Origin: Ignavibacteria bacterium | Lineage (GTDB): Bacteria > Bacteroidota > Ignavibacteria > Kapaibacteriales > UBA4661 | Assembly: GCA_947459425.1 (NCBI GenBank) | Contig: CANHDJ010000006.1 | Span: 19,008 to 83,007, forward strand | DNA length: 64,000 bases | Direction of reading: 5' to 3' | Shown: positions 28,901 through 40,100 of the stretch, in pieces | Position numbering within the stretch: position 1 is the stretch's first letter | Layout: each line of letters begins with the position of its first letter | Program-made: the position numbers and the translations under genes | Notes under the pieces: model-generated | Told to the model about the DNA's origin: nothing | Databases searched by the model: none | Seen by the model: only the letters and a program-made list of their open reading frames with translations

Positions 28901-29927
28901 CATTTTGCCCTAAACAGAAAGAGGTGGAATTGTTCGTAATCGGACGGGAAGACGTAATCCCGGGAAGATTCGTGCCAACATTGATGATAAGCGGCGTAGC
29001 GGGCATAGAAATTGGCGCGTTGTCAACATTTCTGAGCGTGACAGCGCCTGCTGTGCTGGAAAGTGCAATGGTGTACGTACCGGACTGGCTAATTGTCGGT
29101 GAAAACGTTAGCGTGTAACTTACGCCCTGGCGGGTGTTACTGTCCAAACCCGGAGCGCTGGGGCAATTCGCACACGCAACGCTAACGACGGAAAACACTT
29201 GATTATTGGGTCCCGTAATTTGGAACGTGCCGGGCTGCACCGAGCCGCGCAAAATGGGTTCGGAAAAGGTCGCCACAATCGAACTCGAAGCACCGCAGCC
29301 CGTAAGCTGGTTTGCCCTGAACGAAACATTTGCAACAGGAAAAGTAGGCGTTGTCGGGATAACACCCGGCGAACTATTACCAAAATCTAGCGTAAAGCCA
29401 CCGTTGCCTGTCGAATTGGAGATATAAATCATATACACCTCGCCCCGTCTCACCGCAAGTGATTGGGAGAACGAGTTAAACTGTGCTGCCAGCGCGTTAT
29501 CCAAGCCCGTAATGCCATTGCCGGGAGCGAAATTACACGCCGCCAAATTCGACGGGCTTGATGCCGCCGAAATACAACCCGCAATCTGCGAAGTGGCACT
29601 CGCGGAAAAACGCAACACGGCAAAATTATAGTCGTCGGTGGCTGTCGGTGTCAGGCGAAACGACAAAAAGCCGTCCGAGGCGACGTTCAGCCGATACCAA
29701 GAACTATTGGTTTTGGCAGTCGTGGCGCAGCCAAAGCCAGTGGCTATCTCGCCCGTATTCGACCCTGCGCCTCGATACGAGAATTGCTGAGTGATAAGAG
29801 TGCGATTAATCGGCAAAGCACCAAAGCAATCCTGCTCCGGTCCCGACGATGTCTGGCTTATTGCGCCCTGTGGGGCAAATGTCCATGCAAAAAGCATGAC
29901 AAAACAGGTAATAACGTAACGTTTCAT
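25908..29927 (-). CDS. Large secreted protein (1,339 aa) with at least 8 tandem Ig-like repeats carrying a conserved YQW[FY]...GAT...GxYxVxV...GC motif and a T9SS C-terminal sorting domain
   Basis: Start at the ATG at 29927 ('MKRYVITCFVMLFAWTFAPQGAISQ', a signal peptide). Repeats include 'YQWYAGSSARNG', 'RYQWYFNNTPIAGATSRRF', 'SYQWFTVTGG', 'TYQWFLNNTALPGETRTSLTV' and 'EYQWLSGIGDAARPIMGETNRQF'. The C-terminus '...LSPGVYFVTVRSERGAVQVQKIHVVR' has the same signature as the other two CTD proteins here. Confidence 0.8.
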   Translation of the reverse strand: MKRYVITCFVMLFAWTFAPQGAISQTSSGPEQDCFGALPINRTLITQQFSYRGAGSNTGEIATGFGCATTAKTNSSWYRLNVASDGFLSFRLTPTATDDYNFAVLRFSASATSQIAGCISAASSPSNLAACNFAPGNGITGLDNALAAQFNSFSQSLAVRRGEVYMIYISNSTGNGGFTLDFGNSSPGVIPTTPTFPVANVSFRANQLTGCGASSSIVATFSEPILRGSVQPGTFQITGPNNQVFSVVSVACANCPSAPGLDSNTRQGVSYTLTFSPTISQSGTYTIALSSTAGAVTLRNVDNAPISMPATPLIINVGTNLPGITSSRPITNNSTSFCLGQNAVLTTEDAGTGTQYQWLREGSNGTLFPVTNGTGRSLTVTGGYAQRVSSTDSSSVIIVTQTGVFRIRVTDGNGCVRTSNPINVTVSPGLQATILNAPGAGIDLTPCRNEGIYLVAQEGFRSYLWHKNFQPIDTAKSRIFFALDDAVYSVETVDNNGCTNMSRDLTLSSRDVSPVIVRGDTVNCANPATGKVESPIMLTIIPSPEFQTYQWYAGSSARNGIRRLIAGATGSTLSVTAGTFHLVVKMVNGCTSTSADFTVQVGDAPPAPTISGVASGIVQTICPGSSYPLFGPAGFPRYQWYFNNTPIAGATSRRFDAMMPGNYSVQVFTAQGCASTLSMPPVRLESGQVLPGVVRSSSNSFTTCRGTPIQLSVDIPDSLLARATFEWTRVGVASVIGTSRTLSVTDAADYKVSVQFTNGDPCPVGTTVTVRVVDNPMPIVVTPTGGNTFCQGGSLTLDAGDFASYQWFTVTGGVSTAIAGATMRTLVVRAAGSYRVRVTASGGCEGTSAPFAVTELPAPRTPEISSRNGSLELCPNGSLELFVSNADAALTYQWFLNNTALPGETRTSLTVRAIGSYTVEARSSNGCTSRPNSPSNVTPATLPTAPVLPSAITICPNADTTVTAPAGFAEYQWLSGIGDAARPIMGETNRQFRINRAGSFSVQVKNTIGCINTSSTITVSQTQVVVRIDTIDAGVRFRGSSTPRARLYQWLLNGMNIAQATDSVFAPQVDGLYSVRVTDINGCVQTSAAQRFTPPVIGSTTCLANCGSTNPATPPVVRGDSTFAAPGDTVVFSIRLRSLGTLRPGARIDATLCFNATLLEPLPPLAAGTISGGVRCIPMTLTIPTDTTAALFTLPFRAALGNDSVTALVLNSRLSPGGAPLPTTSSFFRLTTISYAGGARLIGPPPRMRLTPSRPNPVSDDATISYVIENAVSERTAENVNVSVSDVFGRVVKTLPITQLIGKTGDIPLNTADLSPGVYFVTVRSERGAVQVQKIHVVR

Positions 29928-30049
29928 AATGCAAACCCGGAATACCGGTGATTGATAGAACAAAGTTTTTTCAGTTCATTAGAATTACACAAGCAAAAAC
30001 CGTGCTAGATTTTTTCTTCTGGCATATTTGAAGAAAGTGCTGCAATTTT

Positions 30050-30841
30050 TTAGACTCTTTCGACCACATCGCGCATCCAAATCTTGATGGCTGCCACCGA
30101 CGGGGTGTATTGCCAATAATACAGCAGTTCCATCAGATGTGCCAATGCCTCTTCCGTTTCTTCGTTCCAGTCAGTCGAAATCACACCAATACGGTGTGCA
30201 TTTGCGCCAAGATGCTCCTGCTCGGCAATATCAATGGTCGGCGGCACTTCTGTATTGCGGAAGGCAGCAAGACTTTCCGCAAGAGTTTCGGGGACTTCCT
30301 CCGGGCGGCAAGCCCAAACCGCTATGGGCAAAATTTCACCAAAATAATCGCTCCATTCATCACTAATGTCCAGAACAACGCTTTGTGTCTGGTCGAAGCC
30401 ATAGTCCAAGACAACATCATAGCGCATGAGCAAATCCGCAACGCTGCCCTGCTCTTGCGTGAACGTTAATTCTACATCAAATTTTTCAGCAAAGACTGCT
30501 CTGCCCATCATCATCAAAAAATCTTCTGCCACCGGCGAAACGCATCGGGAAAGCTGCGTATCGGCTTGATGCTGATGCAAATATATTGAGCCAGTGTACG
30601 TGAGAGCGTCCAACGTGAGCGTGCTGACAGGCACAATGCGCAAATCCGTTTTCAAAGCAACTTGGGCATAACCAAGCGGCGAGACCAACGCAACATCGGC
30701 AATATGCCGCCCAAGCCAAGCGCGACATTCCTGCTCGGTACCACGCAGAAGCCTTGCGCCAATACTGTTGCAAACACTCTCGGCATGAGTAATAAGCGGT
30801 TCAAATAGTGGATGAGTGGGAACGGCGACAACGATACTCAT
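30050..30841 (-). CDS. mqnA: MqnA-like chorismate dehydratase (futalosine-pathway menaquinone biosynthesis family, PF02621-like)
   Basis: 263 aa. 'DVALVSPLGYAQVALKTDLRIVPVSTLTLDALTYTGSIYL' and 'EILPIAVWACR' fit MqnA/MqnD conserved blocks as I recall them. The call rests on motifs only. Confidence 0.5.
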   Translation of the reverse strand: MSIVVAVPTHPLFEPLITHAESVCNSIGARLLRGTEQECRAWLGRHIADVALVSPLGYAQVALKTDLRIVPVSTLTLDALTYTGSIYLHQHQADTQLSRCVSPVAEDFLMMMGRAVFAEKFDVELTFTQEQGSVADLLMRYDVVLDYGFDQTQSVVLDISDEWSDYFGEILPIAVWACRPEEVPETLAESLAAFRNTEVPPTIDIAEQEHLGANAHRIGVISTDWNEETEEALAHLMELLYYWQYTPSVAAIKIWMRDVVERV

Positions 30842-30966
30842 GAAAACAAGGACAGATAAATTGATACAGCCTATCGGCAGAAACGATTACACGAATGCAA
30901 CTTGCAAGATACACAAGTTTTGAGGTTATTTCCAATGCCAAATGTTGTTTCTTGTTAATACAACAC

Positions 30967-31554
30967 TTATTTGCAATGCCGCCATGCCGCAACAGCTTGA
31001 AAAAGCGCTATTCCTGCCGCCACACTCACATTCAACGAATGTTTTACGCCATACATCGGAATATCCAATGCTCCATCACACATTGCTAAAACATCATCGT
31101 CAACACCCGTAATTTCATTGCCCAAAACGAGACAAAGCGGAAAATCTGATTTCTCAAGTTTATACACAGAACGACTATTATCTGTCAATTCTAGTGCAAA
31201 AATCTTCACATTTTGTTGTCGTAATTTCACAACCGCATCCATGCTGCTCGCGTGATATTCCCATGGGACAGAATCCACCGCCCCAAGTGCTGTTTTTTCA
31301 ATTTCCTTACGCGGTGGTGCTGGTGTGTAGCCGCAAATGTGCAATTTCTGTGCCAAAGCCGCATCCGCAGTGCGAAAAAGCGATCCGACATTGTACAAAC
31401 TGCGAATATTATGCAATAACAACGAAACCGGGTGACGCTCCGCACCAAGCGCAATCTCATTGGTCAAGCGTTGTTGCAAAATTTCATCGTGGAGAAGTTT
31501 ACGAATCATAGAGGCAAGAAAAATTTGAGAGAAAATCTCATTTGGACGCGGCAC
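30967..31554 (-). CDS. SpoU/TrmH-family RNA 2'-O-methyltransferase
   Basis: SPOUT motifs 'NVGSLFRTADAA', 'LVLGNEITGV' and 'LNVSVAAGIAL'. Confidence 0.75.
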   Translation of the reverse strand: MPRPNEIFSQIFLASMIRKLLHDEILQQRLTNEIALGAERHPVSLLLHNIRSLYNVGSLFRTADAALAQKLHICGYTPAPPRKEIEKTALGAVDSVPWEYHASSMDAVVKLRQQNVKIFALELTDNSRSVYKLEKSDFPLCLVLGNEITGVDDDVLAMCDGALDIPMYGVKHSLNVSVAAGIALFQAVAAWRHCK

Positions 31555-31569
31555 AACAAAGCAGCAAAT

Positions 31570-32205
31570 CTATCGCTGACCTAGCATTACTACGAAAGCC
31601 GATGACACAAGAGACCAAATTTGCTCATGAAGAACTTCAACAGCAAGCGTCGCATCAAGCCGCTTAACACGCTCAACCTCCTGGGCTGCAAATTGCTGAT
31701 ACCCAGCTATGACCCGCTCAAAGAACTCATCGCCAGCGTTTTCCAGTCTATCGGCATTCTTACTGGCACAGCGCTCTTTAGCATGAGCAAGCGGAACATC
31801 AAGGAAAAATGTGAGATGAGGCATAATACCACCCGTTGCAACGGCATTGGCGCGGCGAATATCCTCCAAGGGCAACCCACGCCCGAAGGACTGATAGGCA
31901 ACCGTGGAGTCCGTAAAACGGTCGGAAACGACAATCGCGCCGCTTTGCAATGCCGGCGCAATAACGGTATCCACTAATTGCGCTCGTGCAGCCGAATAGA
32001 GCAACAGTTCGGTTCGTGCCGTCATTGCGGTATGTTTGTTGTCGAGAATAAGGGCGCGGATGGATTCGGAAATGCCTGTATTGCCCGGGTCGCGGACAAA
32101 CACGATAGTATTGGCAGGAAAGGCAGCACGGAGGCGCTCTTCAAGAAGTTTTGCTTGCGTGGACTTGCCACAGCCGTCGATACCTTCAAACGTAATGAAC
32201 ATCAT
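31570..32205 (-). CDS. tmk: Thymidylate kinase
   Basis: P-loop 'FITFEGIDGCGKSTQ', 'FVRDPGNT', and the DRY-like 'VSDRFTDSTVAYQ'. 211 aa. Confidence 0.92.
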   Translation of the reverse strand: MMFITFEGIDGCGKSTQAKLLEERLRAAFPANTIVFVRDPGNTGISESIRALILDNKHTAMTARTELLLYSAARAQLVDTVIAPALQSGAIVVSDRFTDSTVAYQSFGRGLPLEDIRRANAVATGGIMPHLTFFLDVPLAHAKERCASKNADRLENAGDEFFERVIAGYQQFAAQEVERVKRLDATLAVEVLHEQIWSLVSSAFVVMLGQR

Positions 32206-32403
32206 GCTTTGGTGTTAGCAGACAAAACCCACGGTGGTATTTGGGCGGTTTTGTCAAAAAATTTTACCAAAATAACGAGAAAAATTGCGAATTACCAAGT
32301 ACGAACTACGCTGTTAATGTTCGGACGCGCACAGCGACAACGCAAAAACTCACGTCGGCGGCTTATCTACGCGCTTTCCAGATGCAACCGTAATTCCTAA
32401 TTC

Positions 32404-33114
32404 CTAACTCGTTTTTTCCTCTCCCCTACCTTCCAAAACAACCACAAACTCTCCTTTTTGCGATGGTCGTGTGGCAAGTCGTTGCAAGCAATCGTCGAGA
32501 TTTTCACGGATAAATTCTTCATACATTTTCGTTAGTTCGCGGGCAATGCAAACACGGCGTTTTTGAGCGCCCAGCGCCGACAATTCCTCCAAAAGCGCAA
32601 CAATACGGTGTCCGGACTCATACATCACCACCGTTTCATCCTGCGCAAGCGCTTTTTTGAGAAATGTTTCGCGCCCTTTTTTCTGTGGCGGAAATCCTAA
32701 AAACGTAAAATGATGCACCGCCAAACCACTTGCCGAAAGCGCCGGAATAAGCGCCGTTGCGCCCGGCAATGGTACAATTTTTACGCCTGCCGTAATTGCC
32801 GCACCCACAAGCCGATAACCCGGGTCGGAAATGCACGGCGAACCAGCCTCGCTCACGAGCGCCACGACGCTACCGCTCTGCACGGCAAAAATGAGTTCTT
32901 GAGCGCGTTCGGCTTCGTTGTAATCGTGGTAACTCTGCAAACGCTGTGCCGTGATGCCGTAAAGAGCGAGTAACTGCCCCGTTGTGCGCGTATCCTCCGA
33001 AGCGATAATATCGGCACTCTGAAGCGTTTTGAGCGCCCGCAGCGTAATATCGTCTCTATTACCGATTGGCACGGGAACAAGATACAATGCGGGTTCGAGA
33101 CGTTTTTCATCCAT
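32404..33114 (-). CDS. rsmI: 16S rRNA (cytidine1402-2'-O)-methyltransferase RsmI
   Basis: Tetrapyrrole-methylase fold: 'LYLVPVPIGNRDDITLRALKTLQSADIIASEDTR' and 'SEAGSPCISDPGYRLV'. 236 aa. Confidence 0.88.
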   Translation of the reverse strand: MDEKRLEPALYLVPVPIGNRDDITLRALKTLQSADIIASEDTRTTGQLLALYGITAQRLQSYHDYNEAERAQELIFAVQSGSVVALVSEAGSPCISDPGYRLVGAAITAGVKIVPLPGATALIPALSASGLAVHHFTFLGFPPQKKGRETFLKKALAQDETVVMYESGHRIVALLEELSALGAQKRRVCIARELTKMYEEFIRENLDDCLQRLATRPSQKGEFVVVLEGRGEEKTS

Positions 33115-33125
33115 AGCTCATTATT

Positions 33126-33476
33126 TCACAATTCCGAGAAGCGCAATAAAAACACGAGGGTTTCTTTATTCACCAGAATCGTCGTAAAAAGTAAGGACAG
33201 AAACATCACCACAAATATCCGTTGCTGCTTTTCAAAACGAGCATCTATGCGGGCTTCGAGTGTTTTTATTTCGCCCATCAGCTCTGTTTTTGCCAATGCT
33301 ACATCGGTTTTGGACGCAAGTTCTTTTGTGAGTTCGTCACGCACTTCGATTTTTTTCTGCATGGCAAGCGTCTGTGCTTGCTGCTCGAAAGAAGCACTTG
33401 TTTCTTCCAATACTTTCGCTACATCCAACGCCAATTCTTTCCCGAATTTTGCTTCGATACGTTGGTAAAAGTCCAT
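33126..33476 (-). CDS. DUF1640-like coiled-coil protein with a C-terminal membrane anchor
   Basis: Coiled-coil region ('AKTELMGEIKTLEARIDARFEKQ') then a C-terminal TM helix 'IFVVMFLSLLFTTILV'. I chose the ATG at 33476 ('MDFYQRIEAKFG') to avoid overlapping tadA; the track's upstream start at 33545 is possible. Confidence 0.4.
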   Translation of the reverse strand: MDFYQRIEAKFGKELALDVAKVLEETSASFEQQAQTLAMQKKIEVRDELTKELASKTDVALAKTELMGEIKTLEARIDARFEKQQRIFVVMFLSLLFTTILVNKETLVFLLRFSEL

Positions 33477-33522
33477 GGTGAGGGATAAAGCCATCATGCG
33501 CTCCGCAGGGATAAATGTTCGT

Positions 33523-34011
33523 TCAATTTTTCCGTATTTTCGCAAAAAACGACCGCAAAATCATGGCGCTTTCTTCTTGCTGAATACCGCTTGTTATCTG
33601 GCATCGATGGTTCAAACGCTCATCATGGGCGATGTTGTAGAGCGTTCCACAAGCGCCCGCCTTGGGATCGGTGGCGGCATAGACCAAACGCGGAACCCGC
33701 GCCAAGACAATCGCCCCAGCGCACATCGAACATGGCTCTAAGGTCACATACATCGTGCAATCCAAAAGCCGCCGACTTCCCAGCGAAGAAGCTGCTGCCG
33801 TAATCGCAATCATTTCTGCGTGTGCTGTTGGGTCTTGCAGACGCTCGGTCAGATTGTGTCCGCGCCCGATGATGCGGTTCTCATGCACAATCACCGCTCC
33901 AATCGGCACTTCGTTTGCTTCGAGGGCTTTTTCTGCCTCGCGCATTGCCATTTGCATAAAATGGTCGTCGTTTTGATTGGTCAGCGTAAATTCTAATAAG
34001 TCCATGAACAA
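33523..34011 (-). CDS. tadA: tRNA-specific adenosine deaminase TadA
   Basis: CDA zinc motifs 'HAEMIAI' and 'PCSMCAGAI'. 162 aa. Confidence 0.9.
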   Translation of the reverse strand: MFMDLLEFTLTNQNDDHFMQMAMREAEKALEANEVPIGAVIVHENRIIGRGHNLTERLQDPTAHAEMIAITAAASSLGSRRLLDCTMYVTLEPCSMCAGAIVLARVPRLVYAATDPKAGACGTLYNIAHDERLNHRCQITSGIQQEESAMILRSFFAKIRKN

Positions 34012-34084
34012 ATGATAAACAAAGCGTTGATAGCGTTTTGTGAAGACTACTGGCGCAAAGTTAGCAAAATTTTATTGCCCGCAA

Positions 34085-34127
34085 AGAAAAAAGCCCGAAG
34101 AGCAGGATTTTTTCGCTCTTCGGGGCT
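34085..34127 (-). terminator. Rho-independent terminator of the giant gene
   Basis: On the minus strand: gccccgaagagc ... gctcttcgggc stem followed by TTTTTT. It sits 25 bp after the stop at 34151. Confidence 0.65.
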
Positions 34128-34150
34128 TTGTTGTTGCCGTCATCGTGGCT

Positions 34151-37100
34151 CTACCGCACTATCTGTACTTGCCGCGAATCTGTTTCGCCATTCATCCGAA
34201 TCTGTACCGTATAAGACCCGCTCGGAAGCCTGTCCACGCGGGTTTGAAGCAGATGCTCGCCACCGGACTGGACTTCTTGCTTGAAAATATGCACGGTCTC
34301 GCCTTTAGCATTGACCAACACAATCTCCACAAATCCCGTCTCGCCCAGCGAATAGGCTATTTCCACAGCATTCGTCGCCGGGTTCGGCGCAATAGCGGTA
34401 ATCGCTAATTTTGCCGTTGAAGGCACAATAAGCCGCTTCCCACCTGCTTGCGAGACCTTTACCGTGAACGAACCGTTGATAAGCGAATCCATCGTCACAC
34501 TGCCTTCGCCCCATTCCAAGGACTCCAATACCAGCGCCGTTGTTGCCGTCGTGCCGGCGACCGCCAAACAGCGTATTTGCGCCAACGTCCGCGAACGTCC
34601 CTGCCAGAATGTCGGCGGCAAAACATAGCCTTGCAGACCATCCGCGCTCGGAACGGGAGCATTCAAGCGCCGCAAGCCGAGTTCGTCCGGAGCCAGCACA
34701 AGAACTTGATTATTCATGCGCAATCTGCCGCTAATCCTTGGCTGTGCCGCTTTGAAAATCGCATCCAAAGGCTTATCGGATTGCAGATAGATTTCCAGCC
34801 GCACAGCACTTCCGGGCGCAACATTATCGTCCAAAGCCCGCACACCAACTTGCACAAAGACATCCTCTGGCGTTCTCAATCGTGCGTAGGTCTGCAATTC
34901 AACTTCTGTCGTTTCCAAATCTTCTCGCCGCAACTGATCAAGAGAAACATTGTACGTAATGCAGCGCAGTGTATTGCTTTGAACCGTCCCGACGGTTGTG
35001 GCAAGGCACGTCATTCGGAGAAGTACGGTATCACGAGGCGCAATGGAGACCTCCTGCCCTTGGAAATCCAATCGGTACGGGCTTGCCGCATTCGCAAGCG
35101 CCGCCCGTTGGAGCGTAATAGGGCGGTCTTCGAGATTGATAAGCATTGCCGAAGAAATGCGATTTTTGCCCACAATCACCGTGTCAAACGCTGGTGCCAC
35201 AAGCCGCACCCCGCTTACCCGCGCTTGCAAACGATTCTGCAAGGTACGTTCTTGAACATTTGCGCTCATACCAACACGGAAGCTCACCGTTATTGAGTCG
35301 GACAGCGGACCAACCTTTCGCGCCACAAAACGAATCGGCAACTGAACCTCTGCGCCCGCAGCAACGGTTTGTGGCGGATTTTCTATTGTGAAATCAGGAA
35401 TGCTCGCTTTGATACTCTCAATCGTCAATGCCGCCGAACCAAGATTTTGTAAACGAATCGTTCCGCGAGTCTCATCAAAGCGTGTGAGTTTCCCGAAATT
35501 CCATTCCGACATCGTCAGTTGTGCATTCGGTGGCAATGTCGTGAACGTACCAACCGCCCAAGGACTCTCTCCGGCAACATTTTCCGCCCGAACGCGCCAC
35601 GCAAACTGGCGGTCTGCCGCAAGCGGGAAAGCAGTGCGGAAAAAGGCGGGAAGCGTTTGCTGACTGGCGAGAATCGCCCCGGCAACGGGAAGATCTGCCG
35701 TGTTCGGTATTGTCGCCGATGAAAGCACACTGGCAAACGCTGTATCGGCAGCAATTTCCAAACGATAACGCTCTACGGTCGGAACACTCGTCCAACGGAA
35801 GCGCGGCACCGTGCTGACATCAAGCTCACCTGCCCCCGGCTCCAAAAGCGCAACCGACGGCGGTGCCGTGAGCGGATTACGTCCCAAGACCTGTACTTGC
35901 GCCGTTGCAAGCGTTATTTCGGGCAAACGGTCGTTGGTTATCACGCAATCATACGAACCAGTATCAGCCATCGTAAAGGCAGGAATAATGAGGTCGGCGT
36001 GGCGGCTGGCATCACGTAGAGTTGTCAGTGCAGCACCGTTTTTCCGCCATTGTGTGCGGCTATAGACCTCGGTTTTCGGCACACTGAGTCGCAACGAGTC
36101 TTGCAAGGTGACCGTCACCACCGCCTCCGTCGAGTTCGCACCAGCGCCTACCCGTGCCAAGAGTCGTGGCTGTGCGAACGGTGCTTGCGGCAAATACAGC
36201 AACGTGCGATTACTGCCAACAGTACCAACAAAATATTCCAGCATCGCAACCGAAAAGCGATTATTGCTGACGGCAACCGTATCCAAGCGCGTTGCTCCCG
36301 ACAAATCCACAATGCCCGAAAGCTGATTATTGCGAATATCCAAATGGCGCAAACGCGATAGTGTGCGCAGGCTTGCGGGCAGATCACCCGTAAAGGCATT
36401 GCTGTCAAGCAGCAGAACGCGAAGGAATTGTAGGTTCTTGATTTCATCGGGAATCGGTCCCGTGAGATTGTTGTTGCCCAAATCCAACACATCCAAATCC
36501 GATGCGGCTTGCAGGGCAACAGACTTCGCCTTGCCCACGTTGCGGACTAATCCCATCGGGAAATTACCCGTCAACCGATTCCCACGCATCCTGAGAACTT
36601 GAAGTTGAGTGAGTGCTGCTATTTCATTCGGAATTTCGCCCGTGACGCGATTGCCCGTCATATCCAGCACCGTTAGTGCGGTCATTTGTGGGATAGCATC
36701 GGCAAGTTTTCCACCAAACGAATTGCCACGCAGATTCAGCACCGTGACGTTTGGCAGACCTGAGAGCGAGGACAAACTATCGCGGATTGCATTGCCTGAA
36801 AGGTCAATTTCACGCAATTTCGTCATCGTTTTCATCTCTCTTGGTAATCCTCCCGCAAAACCATTATTGGCAAGTCGCAGCACTTCAAGGTTCTTTGCAT
36901 TGACAAGGCTTGGCGGGATTGCCCCCGAAAGTTTGTTATTGCGCAAATCCAACACCTTCAGAGCATCGAGGCTTTCCAGTACCTCCATCGGGATTGCACC
37001 TTGAATACCGCTATCGGGCAAGCGCAATTCGACCACACGCCCGCTTTGAACCGTTACGCCATACCGCACCCCAATCGGCGCTCCATTCGTCCAATTCGAG

Positions 37101-40100
37101 GTCGTTGTCCACTGCATCCCCCCCGTACTAGCAAAAAGACGATTCAGCGCCAACGAATCTTTGGAGGAAACAGGCTCTGGCGGCGTGACCACAACTGGAA
37201 CCGAAGTGGTATCCAAGGTGAACAGGTTCGAGCCTTCCAACGTCTCGGTTAATGTCTCGACCATGATTTTGCCGCTTCTCACCGAACCAACGGTTACTTG
37301 TATCATCGTTGGCAAAACAACAGCAAATGCACCAACACGTACACCGCCAATGCTCACCGACTTGACCGAACCCCGCACCGATGAGCCGAGTGGAGCAAAA
37401 TGTTGTCCAAAAATCGAAACGACACTTTGCGTAGAGCCAATATTCGGGAACATAATGGAAACCGACGGAATATCCCGCGCATTCACCCGAAGGCGCTGCA
37501 AGATACTTACCCGCACCGTTGGCGTGGTAACGACTAATCGCGCACTTGTCGAAAGCAATAACGACGGTACAATATTGTTCGGCACCTGCACGACGATTGC
37601 GGTCGTGCTGCGCGAAATAATCTCCAACGGCAGCGATTCAATCGAACCCGATGAAAGCGCAACATTCGCATTGGTGCTGATGTTCTCGCCTGTGAGCGTA
37701 ATCGGCGAACCCTCGGTCACCGTCGTTGGCTCAACATCGGTAATCCTCATGGGCGCTGGTGCAACGACCGTTGCACCAGTCATTCCCATTGTGCCTGTCG
37801 TGACAGGTGCTGCAAAAACGATTGAACCAACTTCCACACGCCGAATGCGATGGTTATCGGTATCAAAGACCAACAGCGCACCGTTGTCCCAAAGCAATGA
37901 GTGTGGCGAATTAAACTGCGCAGCTTGCGTTGTGCCGTCAGCAAAGCCCTGTGTGCCACTTCCCGCCACCGTGACAACCTCGCCCGTGATAGTGCTGACA
38001 GCGCGGATGCGGTGATTACCAAGATCGGCAACAAACAGCGTTGTACCGTTCAACGCAAGACCCATCGGGTTGTTAAATTTCGCCGTGCCGCTTGTGCCGT
38101 CGGCAAAGCCCGCCTCGCCTGTTCCGGCAAGAGTTGTGACCGTGCCGTTTTCCATCCAAATTTTCCGAATCGTGTTCCCGCCTCTGTCGGCAACGTAGGC
38201 ATAATTTTGATTGTCCACCACTATCCCGCTTGGACCGTTAAAAAGCGCTTCGGTTTCACTCGCACCATTGGCAGAGCCTGCTTCACCAGGATTTCCAGCG
38301 TAGGTGAATACCGTCGCATTCAGAAAAACCCGAATAGCATGGGCTTCCTGGTCGGTAAGGATAATTGGACCTCTGTTGTCTCGTGCAAGCCCTAGTGGGC
38401 TTATAAACCGTGCATCCGGTAAACTGCCGTCCAAATAGCCTTTCTCTCCTGTTCCAGCGAACAATCGCACTGCTCCACTGGCAATATCAACGATGCGCAT
38501 TCTGGAGCCGATATAATCCGCAACAAGGAGGTGCGTCGAGCCATCACCGCCAAATTCATTGCTGGGAAGCAAGCCAAAGGTATGATTAAACTGTGCTGCC
38601 ACACCAACGCCATCAGCATTTCCGCCATCCAAACTCCCCGCAACGGTCGAAACTTCTCCCGTCTGCACGTTCAATCGGCGAATGGCGTGAACCATAGAAA
38701 AATACACATTATTGCCAATTTTGGCACCAAATCGCGGAAAGTTCAATTCTGCCGCCTGACCCGCAAAATTCGTCAGCCCGCCTGTGCCATTGCCTACAAT
38801 CGTCGAAACTTTTGGCAAGTCCAAGACCGTAAAGCCCGCACGGCTGCCCGTTTCCATGCCCTTGGTGACGCGCACCTCGCCGCTCACCGCACCAAACGGC
38901 ACAACCGTCTGAATTTCCGTTGCCGAGACCACTTTGAACCACGCCTCTTTGTCGCCAAATGCTACCTTCGTTGCGCCCGTAAAGCGTGTTCCCGTGATTG
39001 TGACGGACTGCATCGGTGCAGCCGATTCGGGCGCGAAACTGGTGACAATAGGCACGGTCGTGCTGGGAGGAGTTGGCACACCGCTCGGCGTAGCACCGGG
39101 AGTAAATACGGCAAAGCCACGGCGAGGCTGCCCGCCAACGCTGGTAAATGCTCCGCCGACATATAAGGTTGTACCGCTAGCGGCAAGAGCGCGAACATCG
39201 CCACCAGCCAGATTTGCATTAAATGCCGTGACGGTAGCGTCGGAAGGTGCTTTCGGAAATCCGGCAAGTGCATTGCGCTGGACATTACCATTAACGCTGG
39301 TAAAAGTTCCGCCCGCATAGACATTCGCGCCTATAACCGCTATTGCCCACACGTCATTGTTCATATTCGGATTCCAATCAATGACAGGATTTCCATTTGC
39401 CGATGGAAGAGCGCAGAACTTACTGCGTGGCGTACCACCGACACTCGTAAAATTACCGCCAACGTAGGTTGTACCACCATCCAAAGCGAGCGCAAGCCCT
39501 ACACCGTCTTGAATCTGTGCATCCCAACTTGGAATATCTTGCGCTCCGGGAGTTAAATTCGCCAAGCGGTTTTGACGCACAATACCATTGGTCTGCGCAA
39601 AATGCCCGGCGACTTTAATTGAGCCATTCGCATTGTCCACCACGACTGCCTGCGCGACATTGGCGATATTCGGCACAAAACCTGAAAGTGTTCCATCAAC
39701 AGTATTGAAGCCGCAACCATTGTTCCATCCCGGATTGCCCGCCACACCCGTAAAGCCGCCCACAGCATAAATTACCGTATTGGCAGCATTCAAACTCAGT
39801 CCATTCACAAACTGATTGAGCGGGTGTTGCGTTTGCCAAGAATCAAGAACGCCTGTGCTTGCATTGAATCGGCATAAGTGATTGCGCACCGTTCCGCCGT
39901 TCACCGTCGTAAATTCACCACCGACATACACCGTATTATTCCCATTATCAACAGCAATAGCACGAACATTGACACCGCCAATCGAAGGAATTGCTGTCGT
40001 GATAAGTGCGCCCGTGTTCGCGTCAATCGCCGCCAGGCGGCTTCGCATGAGCGTATTTCCGCCATTGGTAAGTGAATTTGTTGTTTCGGTGAAATCACCG

